Below, piece after piece: positions 29,035 to 42,769 of a stretch of 64,000 bases of DNA; the stretch's first letter is position 1, and the number at the start of each line of letters is the position of its first letter. The translations under genes were made by a program, and so were the position numbers. Source of the stretch: the human T2T-CHM13v2.0 reference genome, Homo sapiens. The DNA is taken from the NCBI RefSeq assembly GCF_009914755.1, contig NC_060930.1; one strand, given 5' to 3'. Under the pieces are notes generated by a model, which saw only the letters and a program-made list of their open reading frames with translations, made no database searches and had not been told where the DNA came from.

Positions 29035-30450
29035 GACCATTTCATTCATTCATTCATTCATTCAACAAATGTATTTGAGCTCTTACCATGTGTTAGACAT
29101 GTGCTAATCACTTGCAATACAGCCAAGAACTAATCAGACAAAAATCCCTGCCTCCCTGGAGTTTATATTCTAGTGGAGGGAGACAGAGAATAAGAAATCA
29201 GTGTCATAAATATGTAAATTGTAGAGTATGTTAGAAGGCGATAAGTGCAACAGAAAAAAATAGAGCAATGCAAGAGGAATCTGAAGCTTAAGGGAGGGCT
29301 ACAATTTTAAATAGGGTGGTCATGGGGGATGAGAGAGTAAGCCATGTGGATAAACAGAAGAACATTCCAGGCAAAGGATATACATTAAAGTGAGAACTTA
29401 AAAAATGGAGTTGCCATCAGCTGACTGGGAAGGCTGTGTTTGGATATGTTAAGTTTTGGGTGCCTACTAACGTCTCACTGGAGATCTGATGGAGTAGGCA
29501 GTTGGATATAGGTGTCTGAAGATCCAGTAGGGTCTGGGATGAACTATTCATTTGAGAGTAGTTTTAAAAACATGAAATTGGATGAGATCATCACAGAAGT
29601 GAGTATAAACAAAGAAGACTCGGAGATGACAGGAAATGATCTCTAAGATAAGAAGAAAACTAAAAATGTGGGGTACCCTGAAAGTCAAGTGAAGAAATCA
29701 TGACAAAGAAGCAGAGAATAATACTGCTGGTATGTCATGTAAATGAAGGCTGAAAATTGGCTGTGGAATTTAGCAATCTGGAGGTCATTGGCAATCTTGC
29801 CAAGAAAAGTTTCCGTGGAGTGATGGAGGTTAAAACTTGATTAGAGTGAGCTTAAGTGAGAATGCAAGGTGCAGTCCACCAGATGTTTGTGTTCCCCCTA
29901 AATTCATATTGAAACTCTCATCCCAGTGTTATTGCACTTAGAGATGGGGCCTTTGGGAAGTAATTAGGTCATGAAGGTGGAGCCCTCATGAATGGAATTA
30001 GTGTCCTTACCATAAGAGGCCAGAGAGCTAGCTCACTCTCCTTCTATCTGTGAGGATACAAAAAGGTGGCCCTCCACAACTAAGAAGAAGATTCTCAATA
30101 GAACCTGATGATACGGGCATCCTGACTTCAAACTTTCAGCCTCTAGAACTGTAGGAAATATCTGTTGTGTATAAGCCATCCAGTCTATGGTACTTTGTTA
30201 TACCAGCCTGAACTAATTAAGGCGGGGGCAAGGATTTGATGATTATATATACAGACAACAATTTTTAGAATATTTTCTACAAAGAAAAGCAGAGAAATGA
30301 AGTGATAGATGGCAGGGGAATTGGTGTCAAGATAAAACTTAATTAAAATTAAATAAATAACAGTATGTTTATATTCTGCTGGGAATAAATCAGGAGAGAA
30401 GGAAGACTTAATAATGCAGTATTGAGAGAATTGTGACCAACTGTAACAAT
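29035..30450 (-). mobile_element. L2 (L2a-like) element interrupted by a MaLR LTR
   Basis: (ttca)n-acaaatgtatttgagc 3' end; gagtaggcagttggatata; ggaatttagcaatctggaggtcattgg. Confidence 0.75.
29870..30222 (+). mobile_element. MaLR solo LTR (MSTD/MLT1A-like) nested in L2
   Basis: tgtgttccccctaaattcata...ggggcctttgggaagtaattaggtcatga...cagcctctagaactgtag...tttgttataccagcctgaactaa. Confidence 0.82.
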
Positions 30451-31341
30451 ACAAAGGAAATGTTATTTTTTATAGCAGGTAGCAAAGCGGTTTCCTCAAA
30501 GGAGAGACCCTATTTGTGATTTCTTTCATAAGCCTGCTTAGTGGATAGGCCTCCAGGACTTCTTTGTCAGCTGGTGCTTAAGCTTGAGGAGTTGAAATGC
30601 GTTTGTGTTTGCCATAGGAAAGAGGAAGAGAACTGGACAAGGCATGAGGGGAAGAAGACTACATATCACGTAGCCAAGAAGACAGATGTGGGGAGTGCAT
30701 TGTGACTTGTGATATAAACCTTCTCCTCTGTCTCTCTATCTTTTCACCAAAATCTACACTTGTAGTTTTGCTAATGGAAAATGTCAAGACGTGCTGAAAG
30801 TTGCCTTGAGGTTGTAAACAGATTTAAAGAGTGAAAGTAGAGCCTGCCCATGGAAGGACAAGTCATGGGGGTTACAGAGTGGACTCTCTCTGACAGACTT
30901 CTGTTATTATTGCTTGCCCCAGGCAGCTCTCACTTATTTTGTATCAAATTATCCCCTCAGAACGTCATACCTGTCTCATTCTACAAAGTCTTCCCTGGCA
31001 ACACACACTCTAGACTCCTAACTTACTTAGCTACCTGGTCTTGACCTTTGGAGCTGTCATCCTATGCCTATATAATGGCCCAGCCTCTGCTTACTCCTCA
31101 CCCCCACCCTGCGCCCTCACTCCCCACCACCTGATCTCTCACTACCATGTTTCCTCCTTGATCAATGCCAGGCAAAGTGAACTATTTGCAGTTCCCCAAA
31201 CTCGTCATGCTGTCTCATTACTAACGTCTTTGTGCATTAAGTTCCCTCTGCCTGAGTATTTTTCTACTCTTTCAAGAGTCAAGCCCTCCTCTTTGCTGAT
31301 TTAACTCAGAGTCCTTTAAAATTTTGTCTAAAACATCTTTA

Positions 31342-31633
31342 TTTTCTTTCTTTCTTTTTTTTTTCCTCACTTGTTGCCCAGGCTGGAGTACAGTGGCACT
31401 ATCTCAGCTCACTGAAATCTCCACTTCCTAGGTTCAAGCAATTCTGCCTCAGCCTCCTGAGTAGCTGGGATTACAGTTGCCTGCCACCACGCCTGGCTAA
31501 ATTTTTGTAGTTTTAGTAGAGATGGGGTTTCACTATGTTGGCCAGGCTGGTCTCAAACACCTGACCTCAGGTGAACCACCTGCCTCGGCCTTTCAAAGAG
31601 CTAGGATTGCAGGCATGAGCCACTGCACCTGGC
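31342..31633 (-). mobile_element. Alu (AluS-like), antisense
   Basis: T-rich tail; gttgcccaggctggagtacagtggc...cctgacctcaggtga. Confidence 0.94.
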
Positions 31634-33673
31634 AATTTAAATATCTTTCTAGTGGAAAATTATACCGGCTTATGCACTTCTCTCATGGTAATACTTTTCA
31701 TAATGTACCACAACTGATGGTTTATTTTCTGTCTCCTCGTTTAAACTGTGAGGTCTCTATCATCCTGGTATTCTTTGTACCTAGGATAGCATCTACTTCA
31801 CAGTAGCTGCCTAATAAATATTTGCTGAAAACTGAATAAACATCTAATGTCAAAAGTTGTGAATACCAGGTAACTTAGCATAAGCCTTGACCCCATATGA
31901 GTGGGGCTTAGAGTTCATCTGCTGCTCTAAAATCAAGGTCATTGTATCTAGTAGTGACCCCCTGGTACTCACAACTATATAAAGATACAACTGGGATCGT
32001 GATGTTTGTTCCTATTTTATTTTACTTTTTTTCCCCAGTCCTGTATTAGAACTAGAAGCTGATTGGTCCTGAATCACAACGAATTTGACTGGAGTCCTAT
32101 CCTTCAGATTAGTTCTTCTGATGTCTGCTTCTATACTTCCAGCTAATAGAGCCTTTCCCAAGGTCAGGTAGTTGGCCTACATTCTCTAGAGCCTGAATGG
32201 CTAGGAGACTGAGGTTGCACAGCATCTGCTGCTATTTGACTCTTTTCTCCCTACTCCTCTCCCCATTCTGTAATATGTTCAATACCAGCACCAGTCTGTA
32301 ATAAGGCAAATTTTATGACTGGATTTAGGATCCCATTTGGGAAGAAGTATTACTGTACTATTGCATTGGTTTTCTATCTCAACTAGGCTACTTCCAACTT
32401 ACACTTCACCCGTGTCCCACCCACCCAAGATGTCAGGTACATCTCACAGCTGAGACCTGGGTTATTGTTCCACTTTAACCTCTATGCCAGATGTCTACCT
32501 GCTGAACCATTTTGCATGCTCAACCCACTCTCCTATCCACCTCTGCTCTGAAATCTTTCCCAATTCCCACTCTTCATCTTGCATGTACTACTCTCAGCTC
32601 TTCCTTGTGTTAACAACTTAGTGTCTTTTACTGAAATTAAAAATTTTGTCAGGAAGTTTGCAGATGACATATATATGGGGATTGAGTGTCCTGGTACAAC
32701 TAACTTTGACCTTTGAATACTATAAAACTATAGCTGTGGAACTTTGTATGACAAATCAGTGATTCTTCTAGTTCTGGTTCCCAAATGACTAATAAAAAGT
32801 TAACAATTTTCCACATTTCTCTGATTTTAAGGTACTCATTTAATACTCATTCCTATCCCTAAAGCTCAAGTTCATAGGTTTCCTCCAACTGTCTAGGAAG
32901 ATTAAATCACATGTGTAAATGTGATAAGAGTATTTTAGGTTTGAACACATGGATTGCAGAATTTGTATGCTGGCCAGAATTTCTGGTGGAGTAAGAATTT
33001 TTTGTAGAAATTTATTCCACCCATCATGTAAATGGCTAAATTCTTCTTAAGGCAGATCATTACCTAGATATTTTGACAGATTTGGCAAAAAGAAACAGGA
33101 CAGCCCAACCTAATTCAATTAATCTTACCACCTATTCTTAAGAACAATTACTCACAAGAAAAATACAGCTGCACCAAAGAATAAAATCCATACCTGCCAC
33201 TTATTAAAGTAATTTTCAATTTGCTTAAGTCTCTGTGCCTCATTTTCCTGTACGAAGAAAAAAAACCACTTCCTCATAGTAAGTTGTCATAAATATTATC
33301 AAATATCATTCTCAAAAATCCTGAGTTGCATTAAAGCAAAAATAAATCATGAATGGTATATTTTTATTTTCTTTTTAAAATGTAGAATAAAACACAATGG
33401 ACCATAGACATGTACTTAGGGTACCAACCAGTGGACATGACAAGATAACATAATGTTGATAGGGAATAGGAGTAGGGAACAATGTATAACTATCTAAATG
33501 TGCATGGGAAGGGGTGCTAACTAGCCCTAGTTTTTAGGAGTTCCCTACAGAATTACAAGGACCACTGCTTAATATCAGTTATGAGAGAGGCTGTGGTATG
33601 CATCAGCTTATTGTTTGGGAAGAGCTTAGTATGAGATGGACCCTTCTCTCATCTTATTAGGACTGAAAAATTA

Positions 33674-34192
<519 letters not shown>

Positions 34193-34845
34193 TCAGCAAA
34201 TAGGATAATTCTACTGCCCAAACATATAGGTAGATAATATTCAACCTTTACCACAAATTTAGTAGCCATTGTCATTGTTAAGGGCAACAGTAAAGTATTT
34301 TGGAAACATTTGGAATTTAAATCGCCCTTTGATAGTTAAACTGTGAAATTAACACATAATGAATATCTATGAAAAGTTGCAAAGCTACCTTAAAAAACAC
34401 AGAAAGCTTCCCAGTTAAGGCTGTATTACATCTTTACTGAAGGTACCAATATAACCAAAGAAAGAAGAAAGAAAATGTCCATCAGAAAGAGGACTTAAGT
34501 CAGACATTTAAGTTTCTTAAAAGCAGAGGCTTGCAGAGGAAACCAAACACAACACTTCTCCAAAAATTGTTAACGGGAAATAGATCCTTAACATTTACTA
34601 CCAATAAGGCCAGTTATATTGCACTCTGGAGGCAAAGACTAAGTACTATATTTGGAGAAAGACTTCCAGGGTTTAAATCTGGCTTTGCCATTTAATAGCC
34701 ATGGGCCTTTCAAAATAATATCCCAGATATCAGTGTTTTAACTTCATCTGCAGGTGGGGCTGACAATATTTCTTCTTCATAGAGTTCATGTGGATAAAAT
34801 ACACACTATCAATAAATGTTATCTATGATTATTACATTTACTGAG

Positions 34846-35199
34846 TGATATTGATAGGCTTTGTGTCCTCACCCAAATCTCATCTTGAATTGTAATCTCC
34901 TTAATTCTCATGTGTCTGGGCAGAGACCTGGTGGAAGGGGTACTTTGCCTTATGGTGTTCTTGTGATAGTGAGTTCTCACAAGATCTGACATTTTTACAA
35001 GGGGCTCTTCCCCCTTTGCTCCTCACACTTCTCTGTCCTGCCGCCATGTAAGATGTGCCTCTTTTCCTTCCAACATGATTGTAAGTTTCCTGAGGCCTCC
35101 TCAGCCATGGGGAACTTAAAGTCAATTAAACCTCTTTCCTTTATAAATTACGCAGTCTTGGGTGGTATCTTTATAGCAGTGTGAGAACAGACTGATACA
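34846..35199 (+). mobile_element. THE1 (THE1D-like) solo LTR, sense to GRIK2
   Basis: tgata...tgtgtcctcacccaaatctcatcttgaattgta...attaaacctctttcctttataaatta...gagaacagactgataca; TSD ctgag/ttgag. Confidence 0.92.
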
Positions 35200-35751
35200 T
35201 TGAGCCAATTCCCTTTGCCCTGATTTCAAATTAACATTAAGCAACCTTCAGATTATGATATGGTTTCTTGTATAACTCAAGAAAGCAATGGCCAATTTGA
35301 GTATTGGCACGCCTGGAACAGGTTTTGTATTTTTATTATAAATTAATGGATTGAATTTCTCCTGTTATATTCCAGTCTTATGATCTTGATTATTATGAGT
35401 CTATTATGTTAGCAATGTGGCATATGTTTGATAGCAACCCAAAGGTCTTTTGAGCTAATGTCAAGATTCAAAAATTCAACACAGGTTGCCTCAGTTAAGG
35501 GTGTAAATTTTTTTTTCATAAGAAATTCTATTTCCAGGGAAATAAATAATAGAGAATGCATATAGATACATGGTAGGGCATCAGTCAAATCTAGGATGAG
35601 GGGGAGTATAGAGAGAATTATCCCTGTTCTTCTTTCACTTATGCTGATAGAGGCTAAAATGCAAGATAATCTCCTTTCTATTAGTAACTTGGACTATTTC
35701 AATATACCCTAGTTTACCAACCCATCCTTAGATATGCAACCAAAGTGATCT

Positions 35752-38700
35752 CTTTTTTAAAATTTATTAATTTATTTATTTTATTATACTTTAAGTTCTG
35801 GGATACATGTGCAGAATATGTAGGTTTGTTAAATAGGTATACACAAGCCATGGTGGTTTGCTGCATCCATCAACCCATTGTCTACATGAGGTACTTCTCC
35901 TAATACTATCCCTCCCCTAGTCCCTCACCCCCAACAGACCCTGGTGTGTGATGTTCTCCCTCTGTGTCCATGTGTTCTTATTGTTCAACTCCCACTTATG
36001 ACTAAGAACATGCAGTGTTTGGTATTCTGTTCTTGTGTTAGTTTGCTGAGAATGATGGTTTCCAGCTTCATCCTTGTCCCAGCAAAGAACATGAACTCAT
36101 CCTTTTTTATGGCTGCATAGTATTCCGTAGTGTGTATGTGCCACATTCTCTTTATCCAGTCTATCATTGATGGGCATTTGGGTTGGTTCCAAGTCTTAGC
36201 TATTGTGAATAGTGCCACAATAAACATACGTGTGCATGTGTCTTTATAGTAGAATGATTTATAATCCTTTGGGTATATACTCAGTAGTGGGATTGCTGGA
36301 TCAAATGGTTATTTCTGTTTCTTGATCCTTGAGGAATCACCACTCTGTCTTCCACCAACAGTGTAAAAGCATTGCTATTTCCCACATCCTCTCCAGCATC
36401 TGTCATTTCCTGACTTTTTAATGATCTCCATTCTAACTGGCATGAGATGGTATCTCACTGTGGTTTTGATTTGCATTTCTCTAATGAACAGTGATGATGA
36501 GCTTTTTTTCATATATTTGTTGGCTGCAAAAATATCTTCTTTTGAGAAGTGTCTGTTCATATCCTTTGCCCATTTTTTGATGAGGTTGTTTGCTTTTTCC
36601 TGCAAATTTGTTTAACTTCCTTGTAGATTCTGGATATTAGCCCTTTGTCAGATAGATAGATAGCAAAAATTTTCTCCCATTCTATAGGTTGCCTGTTCAC
36701 TCTGATTATAGTTTCTGTTTCTGGGCAGAAGCTGTTTAGTTTAATTAGATCCCATTTGTCAATTTTGGCTTTTGTTGCCATTGCTTTTGGTGTTTTAGAC
36801 ATGAAGTCTTTGCTCTGAATCATATTGCCTAGGTTTTCTTCTAAGGTTTTTATGGTTTTAAATCTTATGTTTAAGTCTTTAATCCATCTTGAGTTAATTT
36901 TGTATAAAGAATAAGGAAGGGATCCAGATTCAGTTTTCTGCATATGACCAGCCGGTTTTCCCAACACCATTTATTAAATAGGGAATCCTTTCCTTACTGC
37001 TTGTTTTTTGTCAGGTTTGTCCAGATAGTTGCTTGCAGATGTGTGATGTTATTTCTGAGGCCTCGTTCTGTTCCATTGGTCTGTATATCTGTTTTGGTAC
37101 CAGTACCGTGCTCTTTTGGTTACTGTAGCCTTTTAGTATAGTTTGAAGTCAGGTAGCAGTATGCCATCAGCTTTGTTCTTTTTGCTTACATTTTAATATT
37201 GTTATGTGTGAATTTGATCTCGTCATTATGATGTTAGCTGGTTATTTTGCCCATTAGTTGATGCACTTTCTTCATAGTGTCGATGGTCTTTACAATTTGT
37301 TATGTTCTTGCAGTAGCTGGTACTAGTTTTTCCTTTCCATATTTAGTGCTTCCTTCAGGAGCTCTTGTAAGACAGGCCTAGTGGTGACAAAATGTCTCAG
37401 CATTTGCTTGTCTGTAAAGGATTTTATTTCTCTTTTGCTTATGAAGTTTAGTTTGGCTGGATATGAAATTCTGGATGAAAATTCTTTTCTTTAAGAATGC
37501 TGAATATTGGCCCCCACTCTCTTCTGGCTTGTAGGGCTTCTGAAGAGAGATACACTGTTAGTCTGATGGGCTTTCCTTTGTGGGTAACCAGATCTTTCTC
37601 TCTGGCTGCCCTTAACATTTTTTCCTTCATTTCAACCTTGGTGAATGTGACGATTATGTGTCTTTGGGGTTGCTCTTCTCGAAGAGTATCTTTGTGGTGT
37701 TCTCTGTGTTTCCTGAATTTGAATGTTGGCCTCTCTTGCTAGGTTGGGGAAGTTCTCCTTGATAATATCCTGAAGAATATTTTCCAACTTGGTTCCATTC
37801 TCCCCATCACTTTCAGACACACTAATCAAACATAAGTTTGGTTTTCTCACATTGTTCCATATTTCTTGGAGGCTTTGTTCATTCCTTTTCATTCTTTTTT
37901 CTCTAATCTTGTCTTCACATTTTTTTTTATTAAGTTGATCTTCAATCTCTGATATCATTTCTTCCACTTGTTTGATTCAGCTATTGATACTTGTGTATGC
38001 TTCATGAAATTCTCGTGCTGTGTTTTTCAGCTCCATCAGGTCATTTATGTTCTTTTCTAAACTGGTTATTCTAATTAGCAATTCCTCTAACCTTTTTTTA
38101 AGGTTCTTAGTTTCCTTGCATTGGGTTAGAACATGCTCCTTTAGATCGGAGGAGTTTGTTATTACCCACCTTCTGAAGCCTACTTCTGTCAATTCATCAA
38201 ACTCATTCTCTTCCAGTTTTATTCCCTTGCTGGTGAGGAGTTGTGATCCTTTGCGGGAGAAGAGACATCCTGGTATTTGGAATTTTCAGCATTTTTGTGC
38301 TGGTTTTTCCTTATCTTAGATGATTTATCTACCTTTGGTGTCTGATGTTGGTGACCTTCTGATGGAGTTTTTGTGTGGACCTCCTTTTTGTCAATGTTGA
38401 TGCCATTCCTTTCTGTTTGTTAGTTTTCCTTCTAACAGTCAGGCCCCTCTGCTGCAGGTCTTCTGGAGTTTGCTGGAGGTCCACTCCAGACCCTTTTTGC
38501 TTGGGTGTCACCAGTGGAGGCTGCAGAACAGTAAAGATTGCTGCCAGTTCATTCCTCTGGAAGCTTCATCCCAGATGGGCATCTGCCAGATGCCAGCTGG
38601 AGCTCTCCTGTATGAGGTGTCTGTTGACCGCTGCTGGGAGGTGTCTCCCAGTCAGGAGGCATGGGGATCAGGGACCCACTTGAGGAGGCATTCTGTTCCT

Positions 38701-39641
38701 TAGCAGAGCTCGAATGCTATGCTGGGAGATCTGCTGCTCTCTTCAGAGCCAGCAGGCAGGAATGTTTAAGTCTGCTGAATCTGTGCCCACAGCTGCCCCT
38801 TCCCTCAGGTGCTCTGTCTAGGAAGACAGATGTTTTATCTATAAGCCCTGACTGGGGCTGCTGCCTTTCTTTCAGAGATGCCCTGCTCAGAGAGGAGGAA
38901 TCTAGAGGGGCGATCTGGCCACTGTGGCTTTGCTGAGCTGCAGTGGGCTCCAGCCAGTTCAAACTTCTCAGCGGCTTTGTTTACACTGTGAGGGGAAAAT
39001 TGCCTACTCAAGCCTCAGTAATAGCAGACGCTCCTCCTGCCCCCAAGCTCAAGCATCCCAGGTTGACTTCAGATGGCTGTGCTAGCAGCAAGAATTTCAA
39101 GCCAGTGGATCTTAGCTTGCTGGGCTCGGTGGGGGTGAGATACGCTGAGCTAGACCACTTGGCTCCCTGACTTCAGCCCCCTTGCCAGGGGAGTGAACGG
39201 TTCTGTCTTGCTGGCATTGCAGGTGTCACTGTGGTAAGAAAAAACACTCCTGCAGCTAGCTCAGTGTCTGCTCAAATGGCTGCCCAGTTTTGTGCTTGAA
39301 ACCCAGGGCCCTGGTGGTGTAGGAACCTGAGGAATCTCCTGGTCTGGTGGTTGTGAAGACTGTGGGAAAAGCATAGTATCTTGGCTGGAATGCACTTTTC
39401 CTCACAGCACAGTCTCTCATGGCTTCCCTTGGCTAGGGGAGGGAGTTCCCCAACCCCTTGCACTTCCCGTGTGAGGCGATGCCCCACCATGATTTGGCTT
39501 GCCCTCCGTGGACTGCACCCACTGTCTAACTAGTCCCAATGAGATGAGCTGGGTACCTCAGTTGGAAATGCAGTGCCTTCTGCATTGATCTCTCTGGGAG
39601 CTGCAGACCGGAGCTGTTCCTATTCGGCCATCTTCCCAGTT
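35752..39641 (-). mobile_element. L1 (L1PA7-like) with intact ends, 5'UTR and broken ORF1, with most of ORF2 deleted
   Basis: 5' terminus (ctattcggccatcttcc on the + strand); ORF1 peptides in ORFs 37448-38192(-); ORF2 C-terminal peptides in 35985-36970(-); perfect 13-bp TSD accaaagtgatct at 35739-35751 and 39642-39654. Confidence 0.96.
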
Positions 39642-42405
39642 ACCAAAGTGATCTTATAACAAGAAAATTTGTTTATATCATTCTTAATTTCTTCAGTGAT
39701 TTCACAGTGGGCAGGGTAAGTATTTACCTAACTCACAGAATACTCCAGCTTCCTCACCCTCAGAGGTAAGGCCCAGGCAGTAATGTTCATACATTAAAGT
39801 AAATCTATGCCCCTGGCTGCAGTTGATTATACCAAGGGTTAAAACAGCTGGGCCAATTATATTCTTTCTTCTAGAAATTTGGAATTGTGATGAAGAAAGA
39901 TTAGTCTCTTCCAATTGCTGGACTCAGTAGTTGAATGATGGCTATGTCTTCTGTGTGAACTGTGAAGCAGAGAAAGCTGGTCTAGTTAGAAAGAAAATAA
40001 TGAAACAGAAACACTAAGAAGAACAGAAGTGAAAGAAGGTGACATCTTCATAGGCTCGCTTCTCCTTGTTTCTGTTTCTAAGGACTTACTGAATTGCCAC
40101 ACTTGAGTTTCAAGAAACTGCCTAGATTTTTCTGTTTAAGTCAAATTATTTTTTAGCTTAATCCTGAATTATGTTTTAACTGATTGCAACTATGAAACTC
40201 CTTCTCTTGGAAAGTGCAGTCTAACATGATACCCTTCATAAGTGTTTTTTACCAGCTACTGGTCAGCCTCACCTTCTACTGTCACAGCTTCTGCTTGATT
40301 CCCCATCTCTCCACCAAACACCACAGAAGACATTTTAACTTTTTATGTTCTCATACCATGGTGTTTTCTATATGCTATTTTCTATTTCTACAGTAATCAC
40401 CCATCCTTGTCCACTTGCTAAATGGTTACCCATTCTGAACACTTCTATCGTGCTTTGGAGATTCTCACATTATTGTACATAAGTCATTGAAGAAAAATGA
40501 TTTGCATATCTGTCTCACCACCACCACCCTATAATCTCACAGGTGGTGAACATATACCATTTATATTTTTTAATTTCACTTCTGTATTCTCAATTCAAAA
40601 TACACAATATGTGCTGTCATGTATTCCTGATACATTTACATCTTTTAATCATTCATAAGATAACATGTATGTTCAATAAGCACAACTACTAAAGACTTTG
40701 GGGTTGATGATATTATTTCTGGGACAAGAAGATAAAATAAAACCTGAGATTCTAAAGAGTTACGTTCTACTTGGCATTCCCACCAGGACATAAAAGTTCT
40801 GATAATTGTTAGTCATGAGCCCAGCAACATAAAACATCATAAGCTCTTTCATCAATGTCAACGTTAAATCATATTTGATGTATTAAGTGCCAGTATAAAA
40901 CCAATAACAGCAGCATCCTGGGACATAGCCAGAATAAGAGCTGTGAAGGATCATTTGCCGTTCATAACTGCATTGACTTGAGCACAAGTGGGGATTAAAG
41001 AACAGCAGGCTACCTAATCAGCCACTGTCTGGAGAGCTGAAGTTGGGTTATCACAAGCTGAGAGGGCAGTGAGAGCGACAGTAAGACAGGTGTACATCTG
41101 AACAGGTTGTCAGGAGACAAAAGTGCCTGTGAAGTGGCCATCAGAATTGAACAATGAAGTGTGTTGGTCCCACTGAGGGTGAGTCAGTCACACCGCCAGG
41201 ATAGCAGATGATGAAGTATGGTGAAGTAGGAGAAGAAATATACAGGAGAAGAAATATACAGGATGCTCCTGGATTATGCTTGTTGTCTTTGTTTAATTAT
41301 TAAGCAACTACCTCTGTGTCTTCTTTTAAAAAGATGCCCGTTTGGTGAAAAATAAGAGTGACTGATTATAAACAACCATTAAATCAAAATATTACCAAAT
41401 TCTGCACACAGACCAAAGTTACAATAATCCTGTTAAAGAGTTTCTAAAACATTGCTGTGATGCATTTCTGGGTTGTGTTTGTGTAGGTGTCTGTGTGCCC
41501 AGAATCCCTTTGAGGGAATCTTCGCAGTCCATGTAGTTCAGGCGAGGCTGCTTCAGTCACCCACTGATGCCATTCGGTAGGCATCTAACCTAACTGCAAC
41601 TCTCTACTCCCACCAAATCACACCAGTCTGGGACAGAGGCCTTCCTAGGATACTGACAGAACTTTTGAGGAAAATATCTTTTTATGAGTGTGAAATTCTG
41701 ATTGTCATCTGTGTTATAAAATGGGAAAAAGGGAAGGAGTAATTAAGGTAACAGAGGAAAAGAGAACAGAGAAACAAAGAATTCCTTGTTTCAACCATGC
41801 CTGGAGTTTATTCTCAGTTATGGGAGACAATGAGTTACCTTTTTGCTCAGTGTAGTGTGAATTGGGCCTGCACATATTACCAAGATAGTCCTGACAAATA
41901 CAACTGCTTTTTCACTAAACTGTCCAACTTTTTATCTGCCCCATCTCATTATACCAAATATAAGCCCATGTGCAGCAGCTGTACAAACAGGACAAAAAAG
42001 AAATAGATAATAGGATGGGTCTAGGCTTTGGTCAGCAAAGAACTAAGCCACTGTCCATGACTGGTGCTCCAGCAAGCACAGCTCTTATATCAGTCGCTAA
42101 TGTGCTTATTTCTCTCACGATTGAGATGCAAGCAAATTTTAATAGCAATAAGCAAAGAGATAGAATTAAAATGCAACATTAATTTTACTGGCTTCTCACA
42201 AACTGAAATATTCTGAAGAGAAAATTGAAATTAGCATATACTGAGCTTAGACCCTAAAGTGTTAGAAGCCAAAAGGTTTTAGCCTTGGCATGGCCAAAAG
42301 CACTGCTTACTTTTTGATAATGGCATAATTGCTTTTTTTCATATCAGTGAAAGCAGAAACAGAAGCAGCATATTGACTTTATAAGTCATAATCAGGCTGG
42401 CAGCC

Positions 42406-42769
42406 TGTATTAGTCTGTTCCCACACTGCTAATAAAGACATACCCAAGACTGGGCCATTTCTAAAGAGAAAGAGGTTTAATGGACTCACAGATGACTGGG
42501 GAGGCCTCACAATCATGGTAGAAGGTTAAGGAGGAGCAAAGGCACATCTTACATGGTGGCAGGCAAGAGAGGATGCTCAAGGGAACAGCCCTTTTATAAA
42601 AAACAACAACAAAAAATCAGTTCTTGTGAGACTTACTAACATGAGAACAGTATAGAAAAACCCACCCCCATGATTCAATTACCTCCCACTGGGCCCCTCG
42701 CATGGCATGTGGAGATCAGGAAAGCTACAATTCTGGATGAGATTTGCGTGGGGACACAGCTAAATATCT
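42406..42769 (-). mobile_element. THE1 (MaLR) solo LTR
   Basis: tgtattagtctgttcccacactgctaataaagacataccc...ggggacacagc; TSD cagcc/tagcc. Confidence 0.92.

Noticed and set aside
37181-37200. L1 internal deletion as a spliced retrotransposed RNA
   Set aside because: The GTAA of the candidate donor is retained at the junction; TAA microhomology explains it better.
35752-39641. Active or protein-coding L1
   Set aside because: ORF1 is split by stops and frameshifts, and the endonuclease and RT domains are missing.
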